Positions 1-12,404 of a stretch of 64,000 bases of DNA are shown here, piece by piece. Each line of letters starts with the position of its first letter. Position 1 is the first letter of the stretch. The notes beneath the pieces were generated by a model. The model saw only the letters and a program-made list of their open reading frames with translations, made no database searches and was not told the origin of the DNA. Both the position numbers and the translations under genes were made by a program. Source of the stretch: Lingula anatina (Eukaryota; Animalia; Brachiopoda); the NCBI GenBank assembly GCA_051362555.1, contig CM120645.1, positions 22,816,001-22,880,000 of the forward strand. Direction: 5' to 3'.

Positions 1-4
1 ATAC

Positions 5-3000
5 CTAGGACAAGACACCTTGACAGAGCAGCATTATCACAGAGAATATCCACATCACCATTACAGTTCTCTCCATCACACTGGTCATGTGACTGGTCAC
101 ATGTCTGGTCATGTGACTGCTCCACCAGCGATCTGGCTGCAATGTGAGGCTTCTCTGTGAAATACGGTGTGTTCACGACCTGAGGTGATAGTGACAGACA
201 TAATGGAATATACATGTAGATGTAGAACATTTCCATGGCATTCTATATACCTTATGAAATATCCTATTGTTAGTTGTATAGGACACCATAAGAATCCTAC
301 AGACGTCCTATAGGATTTTTATGTGGAGATTAACATTTGTTAATCTGATTTAAACGCATCACACAATGCCCGCTGCCTTGTAGGTTGCGTGAGACCCTAC
401 AGCGCCACCTGCGGTAACGCCCCCTGCATGTAGTTGCGCGCGCATGTTAGACCGTTAAATTCAATTTCGCATCTTCAACAGTGCAGCGCCGCACGCTTTC
501 CGCTTATGGCTTTTTAATTCCCACCCTCCCACTCTATATTTAGTGTCTGCTTTGCTTGTGGGTACTTATAGAATCTTTTCATATTTCTTATTTTGTAAGC
601 TTTATTTTACATCTCACGGGGATTTTGTATTTTTGCCTTGAGTACCATAAGACCGCTACGTGGCTCTGAGCTTTAAAGAATTGTTTTTGGTTTTAGTTTA
701 GTGTAGTGTTATTTAGTAATCAACCAATAAACTTTTCTAAGCCTGTGTTGTGTGTTTGTGTTTAACTAGGAAATACATCCTACTATACGACCCTATGGGA
801 TATTTCCATATTGGGTATAAAAAGGGTTGTTGATACAAACATGATCTACAATTTTTTTTATACATAACGATTGGAATAACAGTTGAAAGCTAGAAATGTA
901 CTCCTCACTTTATGAAAGTCATGTTGCTATTTTTAGTTATAAAAAAATCTTCAAATTGTCATTGTCTATGATTTACCTTGGTTATAGTATTACTGAACAC
1001 AATTCCCTCAGAGTCTCCCAGCTCAGTGAACCCATGGTCAGACCAGTGCTTTAGTCTTTTGGCAAAGTCCAGTTCATCCACCACGCCTCCCCACTGGTCA
1101 AGAGAATCCAGCACCAGAGCCTGGAGGAAGAAATAAAAAGTACTCCTTGATTTTCTGGAGAAAGGAAATAACATAAATCACACATCGTATGGTTAAAATC
1201 ACAGCTCCAAATATTACAACAGCCATGTTTGCAATTGTGGTTTTCTAAAATATTTCCTGATCGACTGCTTTTTATATTATGATTTATAATAGTGACTAAA
1301 CAACAGGAGATCCATACAAAAAAATCTTAGCATAACACCACTGATCAATACACGATCCTTTGAGAAATAAAAATTAAAAATTACATTCAGTACTGCACTC
1401 AAATGATTCAGTTTCACTATATTCCCAGTTTTCATGGTTTTCCCCATACTTCCTACTTGTACTCACACATTGATCAAAGTCCACAGTCCAGTCCCCCTGT
1501 CTCCAGCGTACTCTGTGCTGATCCCGCACAATGTCACTGTAGGTCAAGGTCTCTGGTTCGTAGTAAAATTGTGCCTCTTGCACTGGCATGAACTCCGTGG
1601 CCAGCCCTATGGCATCCCCTATTGCAGCCCCATACAGCAACCCTACACAGTATATGATATTAATTATAGTAGTGTACTCATAGGGTGCTTTCCCAGAGAT
1701 TTAGATCGATCTAAAGCTTAAGTTTTAGATCGACCTAACTCCCTGGGGGTTCACGCTAAATTGCAGTCAGCCGAGCGGACACCATAGTTAATTACCCCCT
1801 TACAGCGCTTAGTAGGCGGGACAGACGCTTAAGCCGGCCAAGCTGACAGTAATCTAGTGAGACTCCCCATAGGGATAGATCGATCTAAAAATCTATGGAA
1901 ATGGGGTGTTAGTGTAAAAAAAGTTTTTAAAATCTAGTTGTCTGATGATAATAAGAATGGTCATTTTAGTTCCCATTTCATACAATTATTAAATGCTTTG
2001 TTCTTTGAAAAAAAAATCAACAAAACTTCTTTGCTTTATAAATTTTAATATGTCATTTTATCCAATTATAATATATCTAAATAACTTTATATTTGTTTAA
2101 TTCTGTGAAAAATAAAATCACAAATTAAAAAACCTATCACATAAAGAATTTATGGAAAAAAACAATCTTAAATGTTAGTAGCCAACATTGAAAAATAAAT
2201 AGTAATTTAAGATACCCTAAACTGATGATACAGTGTAGAAGGGGCTAATAGTTTTACAGAAGGGAAAAGGCATTAACAAAGGAAAAAAGATGAGATGTAT
2301 TAGTAAATAACAGCTGTTTACCAGTGATTCTGTCCCTCAAGTCCAGAGGATCCAGAGCACTTGCATCCAGTGGTGGCAGCAATGGTGTTTTGATACGGCT
2401 TGGTGTATTAGTTGTGTGTGTCTGACTCTGTATATACTGAGCTTGTGCTGACTGGGGGTTGGGTACAGAACTGTGCAGCTGATTCCCCCGAACTCTCTTA
2501 AAAACATTCTTATCCAAATTTACTTTGGGTTCTTTTTTAGTGGCATACTTTTTCAAATACTTGACAGTTGCTTCAGAGCCTTCGTCACAGATGCTCTGAG
2601 GAGGGTAAGTCAGTTTGTTATGCCCCGCAAGGACAATTTGCACAGTTTCTGATTGTCCTAAGGATTCAGGCAATGTCCTCAACCTGTTATGACTGACATT
2701 GATTTTAGCCAAAACCTCCATATCACCAATGTCTTCCGGCAGTTCTTTGAGCTTATTATGAGACACGTCAATTTTTTCTAGTTTCACTAATCTTGTGAAG
2801 GATTTCGGAAGGCTGCGGAGGTTGTTGTGGCTAACGAGGACGACACGCAAGTGAAATAACAACCCAAAACTCTCTGGCAGTTCTGAAAGTCTGTTGTGAT
2901 TGAGGTTGATATGCTGAAGATGTGGCAGGCGAAGTGGAAGTTCTGTTGGAAGCTCATATATCTCATTGAAGGAGACGTCCATTCTTTCATACAGGGAGAT

Positions 3001-3784
3001 AGAATCCACGATGGACCAAGGAAGTTCTATTAAACTTGTCTCACATGATTCACCATTCATGTGCTGAAAGAAGAAGATATGGGAATTATGTGATATTTGA
3101 TATATATATATATACAGACAACTAGGAAGGAGGCATCACTTATCAATAATTCCAATAGCATAAAAAAATTGGTGTCCTTTCTTTAAAATTAAAAAATATA
3201 TATATATAAATAATTTTGGCTAAAATATGGATGTAAATACTGTAAAATCCTGCACTTAATTTAGTTTTAAAATGAAACAGATGATATGAATTCATTCCTT
3301 CAAATAAGAACTCCAACAACCAGAAATTATGAGGGCTGATTAAACAATGTGTGAGCAATAAGAAGATTAATTTACTCTAACAAAATAGTCAGCACAATAA
3401 ATTGTAGGTCAGATGAAATCAACGCACACCCCAAAATGAAATATGCATAGAGAAATAAATATTCAATAATCAGAAAATCTGGTGTGACTGATGTCGCTGT
3501 ATATCAAAAGTCCTAATAAGATATTCATACACTGTTCACGAATGATCAATAAATGCATTATGTAAGTATACTTTGAATAATTAAAAGAAACCATACAAGT
3601 AATTAATATAACATTTGCTCCAATAACTGCAAAATAATGGGTTATCAATTTTTCATAGAAATAATGGAATAAAGAGCAAAATTACCCTGCAGTATTGTTT
3701 GTAGTTGACCCTACGGCTGAGGTTCAGCTCCTTTCTTTCGTGCTCCCTCACGGGAGACAGATCGTGCGTTTCCACGTTCCCCAT
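5..3784 (-). CDS. Leucine-rich-repeat + ADP-ribosylglycohydrolase (ARH/DraG)-family fusion protein, 5' part; gene continues beyond the left edge
   Basis: Phase-consistent GT-AG exons: 3784-3686 (MGNVETHDLSP...YCR), 3063-2322 (~6 LRRs LxxLxLxxNxL plus linker), 1642-1467 (GLLYGAAIGDAIGLATEF...GDWTVDFDQC, ARH N-terminal motif), 1120-977 (FAKRLKHWSDHGFTELGD), 179-5 (...CDNAALSRCLVLG). About 445 aa lie in the window. Confidence 0.85.
338..768 (+). mobile_element. Possible solo LTR or other young insertion inside an older CCTATAGG-rich repeat
   Basis: CpG-rich block starting TGTTAA and ending TTAACTA, with AATAAA at ~726 followed by a GT-rich tract. CCTA(T)AGGA-type motifs flank it at 230-320 and 770-815. 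No TSD seen. Confidence 0.3.
1682..1907. mobile_element. Palindromic MITE, family A copy 1
   Basis: Inverted ends TTCCCAGAGATTTAGATCGATCTA / TAGATCGATCTAAAAATCTATGGAA; homologous to 43504-43746. Confidence 0.75.
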
Positions 3785-4072
3785 CCTCCACTTGTTTACC
3801 TCTAGTGTTGGGCTCGTCTTGGAAGTTCGAAGTGCAACGTGTCACAGTTATTGTTAATTAACTTCAAGAAAAGACATGCACATATTCTCCTTTTAATACA
3901 AACAAATGTAAGCTCCCAACCCCGAAGCATGTTCAAATTCTACATGGATTTAAGCTCCAATTACAAAGTAAATGCGAAAAACCACCTTGCATCTGTCAAG
4001 TTTCGTTCTCACGGCGGCCATTGCAGTTTTGTACACTACGTCATCAGAACGTGTGTACACAGACGACACAGC
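3785..4072. promoter_or_regulatory. Bidirectional promoter between the LRR-ARH gene and TRABD
   Basis: Divergent ATGs only ~290 bp apart; locally CpG-rich; YY1-like GCGGCCAT near 4015 and CRE-like TACGTCA near 4037. Confidence 0.7.
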
Positions 4073-7000
4073 ATGGAAGGGTCGAATGGTTCAGGTATTT
4101 CTAACATTTGTTCTAACATATCGTCAAAACTGACTTACGATTCTACCTGTTATGAGACCATAGTGCGTGTTATTTGTGTAAATCGTCCCTTCTATTTTCC
4201 CAACATCAGTTCATGTTTATGCGATCAGTTTTTCATAGAAATGCCAACATATTTAGAAATTATCCAGGGGTGAAATTGACAACGCTCTCTCATGGCTGTA
4301 TCAATTTCACTGTCACTGGTAGCTTCAGCTTATGGTGCCACGTTTTTTTTGTAGATTATCAATTTCAGCATGTCAGCATGTAAGCAGTATTATTAAACTT
4401 TTGTTTTTCCTGTGAATGATATTTAAAACTTAACACAAAGTTTACTTTTAGAATTTGAGCAAGTCAGATGATGTTATATGATGAAATAATTGAGATGTTT
4501 TGTGGATAGTGTTTATTGGTATCAAAAAGTATTTGTTATTGTACATTGGACCTACTCTTCCTGTAGTGCAAATACTTTTGATTTTCTATAAGACAAACTA
4601 ATACCTGTACTTATCATTGGCAAAAAATTGTTCATTAAATTTTCTCATTGTGTCAGTTTGTTCCTGCCTTCTTCTCAGTAATGCTGTTATTGAAGAGAAT
4701 TCTTCGTTTCTCACCAAAATAATATGCTATTCATATGTGTTTATACTCATGTAGATCTAGAAAAAAATGAATATAAGTAGATTTTTTTCAAACTGTTTAC
4801 AGATGCACATCAACAAGAAAAAGGTGAGGAGGATGGTGCTGAAATTGAACAAATAATTGGTAAGCATTCTTTTAATGGAAATACATCATATTATATACAA
4901 AAACGGAAAAAGAAGGACTTAAAAATCTAGCAAAGGATACACTATATGTGAGATGTATAGAACATTTATGCGGTGAAAGCAAGAGACATGACTAGATTTA
5001 GTTGGTAACATTATTATATCAGATTTTGTTTTCAGTTTGTTGTTTATAATTTAACAAAGCAGAAGCAGATTAATATGTTAATTTGACATACTTATATTTT
5101 GAAACTTCTTTTTAGGAAAATAAATTGGCAACTTGAATGGTCCCATTCCGTTAGGTTAGTTTTTTTTTTCTTTCTTGATAATGGTGTTTATCTATTGTAG
5201 ATACTGAGAGAACCCCAGTACAGGAGACAGGATATGATTTCCCTCTCGGTAATAGAGAAGATGGTGCCACTCCCGGGAATACAGGGGATGACGGGGGAGG
5301 GGAGGATTCTTTGGAAGACTCAGGTATTTTACCAAGCAAGGTGCTATGGGTGAAAGGTTGTCAGGCAGGCCATAAAAGGGTCTAATTATTGTAATTTGTA
5401 TTTTATTTTATTCATATTTTTTTCCTGTTGGGAGAAAAAACATTTGTTATAACACACATAGCAATGTGTGTGAGTGTTTACATACATGCATATGTGCGTG
5501 CACATGTGTATATAAGCCAAGTGCTAACTATTGATTTGATTACAGCATTTATCTGGTTTTCATGCCATATGTTTCCATTATATATGGACTGCTCATTGAT
5601 CCAATATTAATGATATGATACAGTCATATATGGATTAATACTGAACCTTCCTAGTCATGTGATTAACTTGGCAAAATTTTTTATTCCAGATGGGTAGTTT
5701 ATGTGTGTGAGTGTTTCAGGCTTTCAGCAGATATACAAATAGTACAAATGATATTTAGAGAGGTTGATACATCAGTACGACTCATATATCTGTATGCAAA
5801 GTTACCAGAAAACTTAAGTTATTCAAACTCTTATTTTTATGGTAAGAATATTTAATTTAGTATATAATATCATTTTGATCAAGCTTTGCTTCATTAAAAC
5901 ATAACTACAAAACTGAGAGAAAAAATTCAACCATGTATGATCTTAAGGATAAAACTGAATCACTTCCCTAAGTTTAATTCTTATCAAAAATGAGCTAAAA
6001 ATTCTTCCAATCCCTTCCTGTTGCCAGGCAGTGAAAATGACAGCTCAGGCGGAGAGGAATCGGACGTAGAAGACAACTTCGATGACATGATGTACCCCAG
6101 TCAGCGTCTCCACAGGCACCCGGTGGACGAGCTGCCGAGAACGGTGGCCAAGCTGGAGACCAAGGACGGCTGTATGGTGTATGTGGTGGGCACGGCGCAC
6201 TTCAGCGAGGAGAGCCAGGAGGACGTGGCCAAGGTAAAGGTCATATGCTAATTAGTTATGGAATGTGAAAGAAATTTGGTTTAAGCTATTTCCCAGAGCA
6301 GTGTTAAGTTATTAGAAAAAAACTGATATGGAAAAAATGAAATTTGGGAGAGGAGTTTAGTTTAGATTGGAAAGTTGTTTAAACTAGAAATCTTGAGAAA
6401 ACGTGATATTGGACTAAGTAATCTGAAATATGTGATTCAGTATATTTACATCAATTACATATGTACATATCTACACTATACATTATATGCTATCTGCTCT
6501 CTGAATGCTGTCAGTGTTTCATTACTGATTCCAAAACTTATAGATCTACATAATTTTATTCACTAAATGCTTAAAATGACTAGAGTATCTATGCAACGTA
6601 TTATTTAGAAAACTTCAACTGAGCTATTTACTCTGTAAATTTGGCATAATTGTCTCCACACTTATATTTAAAAAAAAGCATTCCTCTTTACAGACCATCC
6701 ACGCTGTCCAGCCAGACATAGTGGTTCTAGAGTTATGTCGGAGCAGAGTGAACATATTGGAGCTGGACGAGAGCACACTGCTGCAGGAGGCTCAGAATAT
6801 TAACCTGCAGAAAATTAGGGTAGCAATAAAACAGGTACTTGGGGGTGTCAGGGGCACACGGTGCTTGAAATAAGATATTTGTAAATGTTGTCAACATGGA
6901 AAACTTTTTGTTGTAATATACAACTCAGAAAAACAAGAAAAATTAGAAATACTTAATAGACGTTCAAAAGACCAGTAGGGAACTTTAATTACTTGAGAAG

Positions 7001-7218
7001 AAAGTATTAAATAGTATATACATCTGTGTGAAATTGCAGTTGCCCATCTATAACAAGAGCCCAGTATATAATACATTGAATCAATTATATTTCAGAATGG
7101 CCTCCTCCAGGGAGTGCTCCATCTGTTGCTCCTCAGCATGTCTGCACACCTCACCAAGGAGCTGGGTATGGCGCCCGGTGGGGAGTTCAGGAGGGCTTTC
7201 CAGGAGGTAGGGTCCTCT

Positions 7219-7286
<68 letters not shown>

Positions 7287-8280
7287 ACATGTATGTATGT
7301 ATGTATGTATGTATGTGTGTGTGTGTGCCTGTGTGTGTGAGGGAGTTTCTGTGTGTGTGTGTGTGTGTGTGCATGTGTGTGTGTGAGGGAGTTTGTTTGC
7401 GCATGTGTGTGTATGTGAGAGCAAGAGAGATATACAGAGATAAGAGAAAGAGAGTGGTAAAGATTTATCAAACTTCTTTTCATATATGATATTTTTAAAA
7501 ACTTGAACCCCGCTTTTGAGCTAAGAAATTATTATAACAATCTGCATCACTACTGGAGTTTGAGTAACTTACTGTTTATCACTGATCCTGCTGTTATGTT
7601 CAATTATTATTGAAGAACACCGATTGACTGCATTCACATCTATCACTGTACAAAATGCTCTCCTTACAGGCTCAAACCATTCCAGGTTGCAGGGTACATC
7701 TAGGAGATCGTCCAATAGGAATCACACTAAAGAGGGCGCTAGGTGCCCTGTCATGGTGGCAGAAACTCAGGCTAGGTTTTTATATGCTCACAACTAAAGA
7801 TCCTATAAGGTAACTAGCTAGTTGTGAGATTTTATTAGAATTTTATGACTTAATTTATTCACCCTGCAACTTTTATCTCATAAGGGACAGATGATGTTTA
7901 GGTATGGGGCAGCTGGGTTAGAAGTTGTATTCATTGCCAGCAGTTGATCATCGTATTGATTTGATTATTATAAGTTCATATCATGGTGCAAGTTGAGAGA
8001 AGAGTACCTTCAAATCTAACATGCTTCAAGGGATGATATGTTTGTAACAGGCACTTATTTTTTCCAGCAAAGAAGATGTAGAGAAGTGCAAACAGAAGGA
8101 TCTTCTAGAGGAAATGTTGAAGGAGATGACAGGAGATTACCCTGCTCTTAGTACAGTGTTTGTACAGGAGAGAGACATATTCTTAGCTAATTCCCTAAAG
8201 ATTGCAGCACAGCCACTTCCTCATCCAGAGCTAGATGGAGGTGAGAGAGAATTAGACATGGTGTTGTAGGTCTTTATATG

Positions 8281-8312
<32 letters not shown>

Positions 8313-9184
8313 CTGCGTGTGTGTGTGTTTTTTGAGTGTGTGCATGCGTGCTTGCATGAGTGTGTTCATGCATATGTGAGAGAGTGTGTTAGAGAGATAG
8401 AGCGTGTGCAAATAAGTGTGCAAGGAAGGAGTCATGTTGATGCATGGGTAAAAAAAGTGAGAGTGAATGTTTAAATTAGATAATTTTGACATAATCTATT
8501 TATTATTATCTATTTACCTTGTAGCGATATCCATTAGTTACATTATTCAAGTGACGACAATTGCCTCATGTCATGTTGAATTAAGATATAACTTTCTATC
8601 TAACTGTATCATTTCAGATGTGATTCCATAAGTAGTGATGGGGATAGGGCACTTGTATCATATTAATAAAGATATAACATTGTATCTAACTGTATCATTT
8701 CAGATGTGGTTCCATCAGTAGTGGTAGGGGTGGTAGGGATAGGGCACCTGCCTGGCATCAAAGAACATTGGGAGGAGGAACACAATGTTCAGGATATTAT
8801 GACGTAAGTGGTCACAAGTTGTGATTGTTTTCTAATTACAGGGACCACTGTGACAGTGGAGAATTTACTGAAATCAAATATTCATGTTCCTATGCTATTT
8901 TGTTAAATATGTAACTGTCTGATTTTAGATAACTGTGTTTATAAAAAGGGATGACTTACAGTTCAAGAATAAATATGCTAATACTTTTTGTCTATAAACC
9001 ACTCTAAGATCACTTAAAAATCTTAATATTGTCCTCTGTATTATATGTGATCTCCAGGGTCCCCCCTGCCACTCTGGTGGGGACAGCATTCAGGTGGATC
9101 ATCAGGGCAGGACTGGTAGGACTGTTGTCATGGGGAACATACAGGTTGCTACGGTGGTCTGGGGTCACATGGTCATTGTATTAA
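4073..9184 (+). CDS. TRABD: TraB domain-containing protein, ~399 aa, 10 exons
   Basis: Exons 4073-4094, 4803-4859, 5201-5323, 6028-6233, 6694-6834, 7096-7206, 7670-7809, 8068-8240, 8704-8803, 9058-9184 total 1200 nt. Motifs VYVVGTAHFS, PDIVVLELCRSR, MAPGGEFRRAF, HLGDRPIGITLKRA, QERDIF and VVGVVGIGHLPGI, plus a C-terminal TM segment. The short 5' exons are less certain. Confidence 0.93.
7222..7410. repeat. (GT)n/(GTAT)n microsatellite
   Basis: Direct reading; source of the spurious CV/HT ORFs. Confidence 0.95.
8281..8420. repeat. Degenerate (GT)n microsatellite
   Basis: Direct reading. Confidence 0.85.
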
Positions 9185-10046
9185 CGGGAACATGTGCATG
9201 CTGACAAGGGGCACACGTGCATTTATGCTGGGAAACAGAGTGATGTTCAAACAGAGGTGTTTGTGTTGAAAGATGGGGATTTAAAAACAGGATTGAGGAC
9301 ACACGTGAACATGTGCAAACACGTGTGTGTGTGTATGAATGAATGGTGCACGGTCTACATTGGAGGCTGAAATGAATCAAATCCACATCTTATTCTGATT
9401 CTTTTTCAAGTTTTTGTATACAGTAATCATCATCATCATCGTTATGGTGCTGGGACTTCTCAAAGGACACAGATAACGTGAGCAATGGCGCACATGAGTT
9501 AAGTACAGAATTAATGGCGGAACTTCTGGTTTAGGTGACATTTTATGATGCAAGAGACCTGGAACTTTGTTGCACTTTTTAATATTTGCATATTGTGTTG
9601 AATCTAAGTAAATGTTTATTTTATTCAGAACAAATCATGTAATTCATGACTATTTATACAAAAAATATGAATTCAGATACACCATTTTCACCAACAAATA
9701 TATATTGTTTACGAATTTGTGCATTAGTTTTAATAGAATTATTACGTTATGTAAGTTTTCCATCAGAACAGCTGCTGTGTTTTGTAGTAGAATGTAGTTA
9801 CAAGTGGTCTCCACTGTCTTAAAAGGTGGGTTTTTCTGGTTAAAGTTTGTCCTAAAATAGATAGGATGGGTATAAAAATGATTAGTTTTTAATGGTGCTT
9901 AAAGTAAAGAAAAAAGTTGGATAAATGAATACACATTTGTACACGGCAGTTCTTCTTTCTATTCTTTGTGATAATTTGGCATTTTTAATCTTTCAAGCCA
10001 AGGCAATACCATCATGGCAACTATGGGGATGTGAATAGCCCACCTG

Positions 10047-10329
10047 AGGCCCCATTCAGAACAGGTGATCCGAGTATTTACTGATCCGCTGCCAAAATAT
10101 GGCTGACCACAGTGCAAAAGCGATGACGCCGATTCCTAATGGTCCCCCCCTGACTCCACATGTGCCTTTAAACGGATTAAATATCGGCTCTGGGGTTTAA
10201 TTGCTAGTCCCCTGCAGCGACAGCACGTGTGGAGGCTGGGAGACCAGCGCCATCGCTTTACAACTGAGGTTGGCTATATTTAGTCAGCAGATCAGTAAGT
10301 ACTAGGATCATCTTTTCTGAATGGGACCT
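10047..10329. mobile_element. Palindromic MITE, family B copy 1
   Basis: Ends AGGCCCCATTCAGAACAGGTGATCC / GGATCATCTTTTCTGAATGGGACCT with ~90 bp of imperfect arm complementarity; related to 22777-22951. Confidence 0.8.
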
Positions 10330-12404
10330 TGGAGAACTTTTATCAGTGAACTGGTGATTTGTAGCCCACCAGTCTTCGTAGCTGTAGTTATAAACATTTT
10401 TACTAAATATGAATGGTTATGATTATTTTTATGGTGTTCTCTCAGTAATAATAAGTGATGCATCATGTTATAAAACTGAACTTTCAGTTAATAAAAATAA
10501 TAATGGTAAAAGACTGTATGTGCAAGTTGAATTTTATGTCGTAGTTTTGGCTGCAGTGGAGTGACAACCTTACGTTTTTGAACATGTCAGTTTGTCATTT
10601 AACAATTTATAGGGTAACAAAAATTAACAAGGCTCTTAAACCCATGAGATTTGTCATGGTTCTCAGTTTTTATTTTTAAAATATTTACACCTACCTACAA
10701 AATATAAAACATTTAGTGAATTTAATTCTTGGTAATTCAATAATGCACAACTGTTAAATTCCATCTATTATAAATTGCAGTGAAAGTCTGAACAATGTTT
10801 TCTTCAAATGAACTTTTATTTAGTAGTCAAGGAAGACCAAACAGTAAATTGCATCTGTAAACAATTTTGAAATACAATAATTACACATAATTCAATAATT
10901 ATATATAACATTTGGTAGTTCAATATATTATGCAGAGACTGCTTTGATATTGTGAATTAATAATTATGACATAAAAACATTTAATGACATTGCAACACGC
11001 CGTGATATGATACAATATATATATATATTAATTATCAACAGTTAAAAGGGAAAATATGCAGATAACTAATTATGGTGGACATTTAATTTTAATAACATGG
11101 CTAACGACCATTTCGTGAAAAAAATTGTACTTTGAACTCATCCAACCAACTTTAAAATAGGCCCAAATATATGGGTCTCAAATATAAACTTTTCAAATAT
11201 AATATCAATTTTGTGTCAAAGTTAAGGAATGTTTCATTTGGGCCCAATGATAATTTACATTTCACAACCAACATTTGAAAAAAAAAAAAAATTTTAATTT
11301 TACTGCAATTTGTAGTAAAAGAGAAAATGCAGTGAATCATTTTAGTTGTCAAGTTGAAGTGTACCACTAATGGTTTTATACGGACTCCACTTCTCCCTAC
11401 TTGAAATTAAGTTGAGTCAACTGACTTTAAATCAATCAACATCTTGATAAAAATGTAATAAATTATACATTATACTAAACGTATACCTATACATAAAACA
11501 AATACCTGATTGTCGCAAACTAACTGTAAGGGTAAGGGTCCCTTATTTATGACCTACACTTCACAAAATGAGGAAAATGGCTCTCCCAGATTTTGCGTGC
11601 TAAATTATTTCTACAAAGTTTATATTTTTTACTGATCTAGGTCACTTGGCCCCCATATATTACTTTAATAAGGCACTGGTTTGGTCTCTACATCTGGAAT
11701 GGATTCAATATGATCACGATTCCAATGAATTAAACTGGAGAGGAATGTTGATATATATACTATGATAAATGGTAATACATTCTTCATACTGTTAAGACCT
11801 TTTTCCTTTCTATCAGGCCTTACTTAAGGTCTGTGTCCTTAAATCTTATAATATATTTTTATTTCACAACATTTGGTCTTGTTTGAAAAAATGGGATTTG
11901 TTGGACATTTTTTCATGGACTTGACATACATGTCAATCGGCCCTAACATGCCTACCTCTGATATTCCCAAGGGTATTGTAGCTTACTTAACCATGTCTGT
12001 AACTTATCAGACAAGCTCAAACAGACCTCCTTTGTCTTCTTTTCTTGCCCTGTGCCTGGTTAAATACACTTAAGTTTTCTTTTTCTGCTGGGTTATAACT
12101 AACCGCAGTTCATAATGCTATCAATTTTTCCTGAGACCCATTTGATAAGGCCTGTGTCTATTTGCATTCCTATTCCTGCTCACTAAATACCTCATACAAG
12201 TATTAGCTAATGTTGTCTCACTCTGGTGTTCTAAAACCAAATATCAATATTCAGTTAGGTGATACTGCTCCAGCCCTCTCTTAAAGGCCTGTGTAGCAAC
12301 TCTGTATCTGTCTGCTAATACAGATATATCCATTTAGTCCATATCCACTTCTTAAAGGCCCACTTGACTGTTTAACTGTCTGTTAAAACAGAACTCTAGT
12401 TGGT

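Noticed and set aside
5-1642. ARH domain as selenoprotein J or an active ARH3 orthologue
   Set aside because: No in-frame TGA in the visible exons and key motifs are degenerate; the C-terminus is outside the window.
3839-4273. 144-aa plus-strand ORF
   Set aside because: Spans the promoter and TRABD exon 1/intron 1; no protein-like features beyond the 7 real codons.
7081-8492. HTHT/CVCV ORFs
   Set aside because: Translations of (GT)n microsatellites in TRABD introns.
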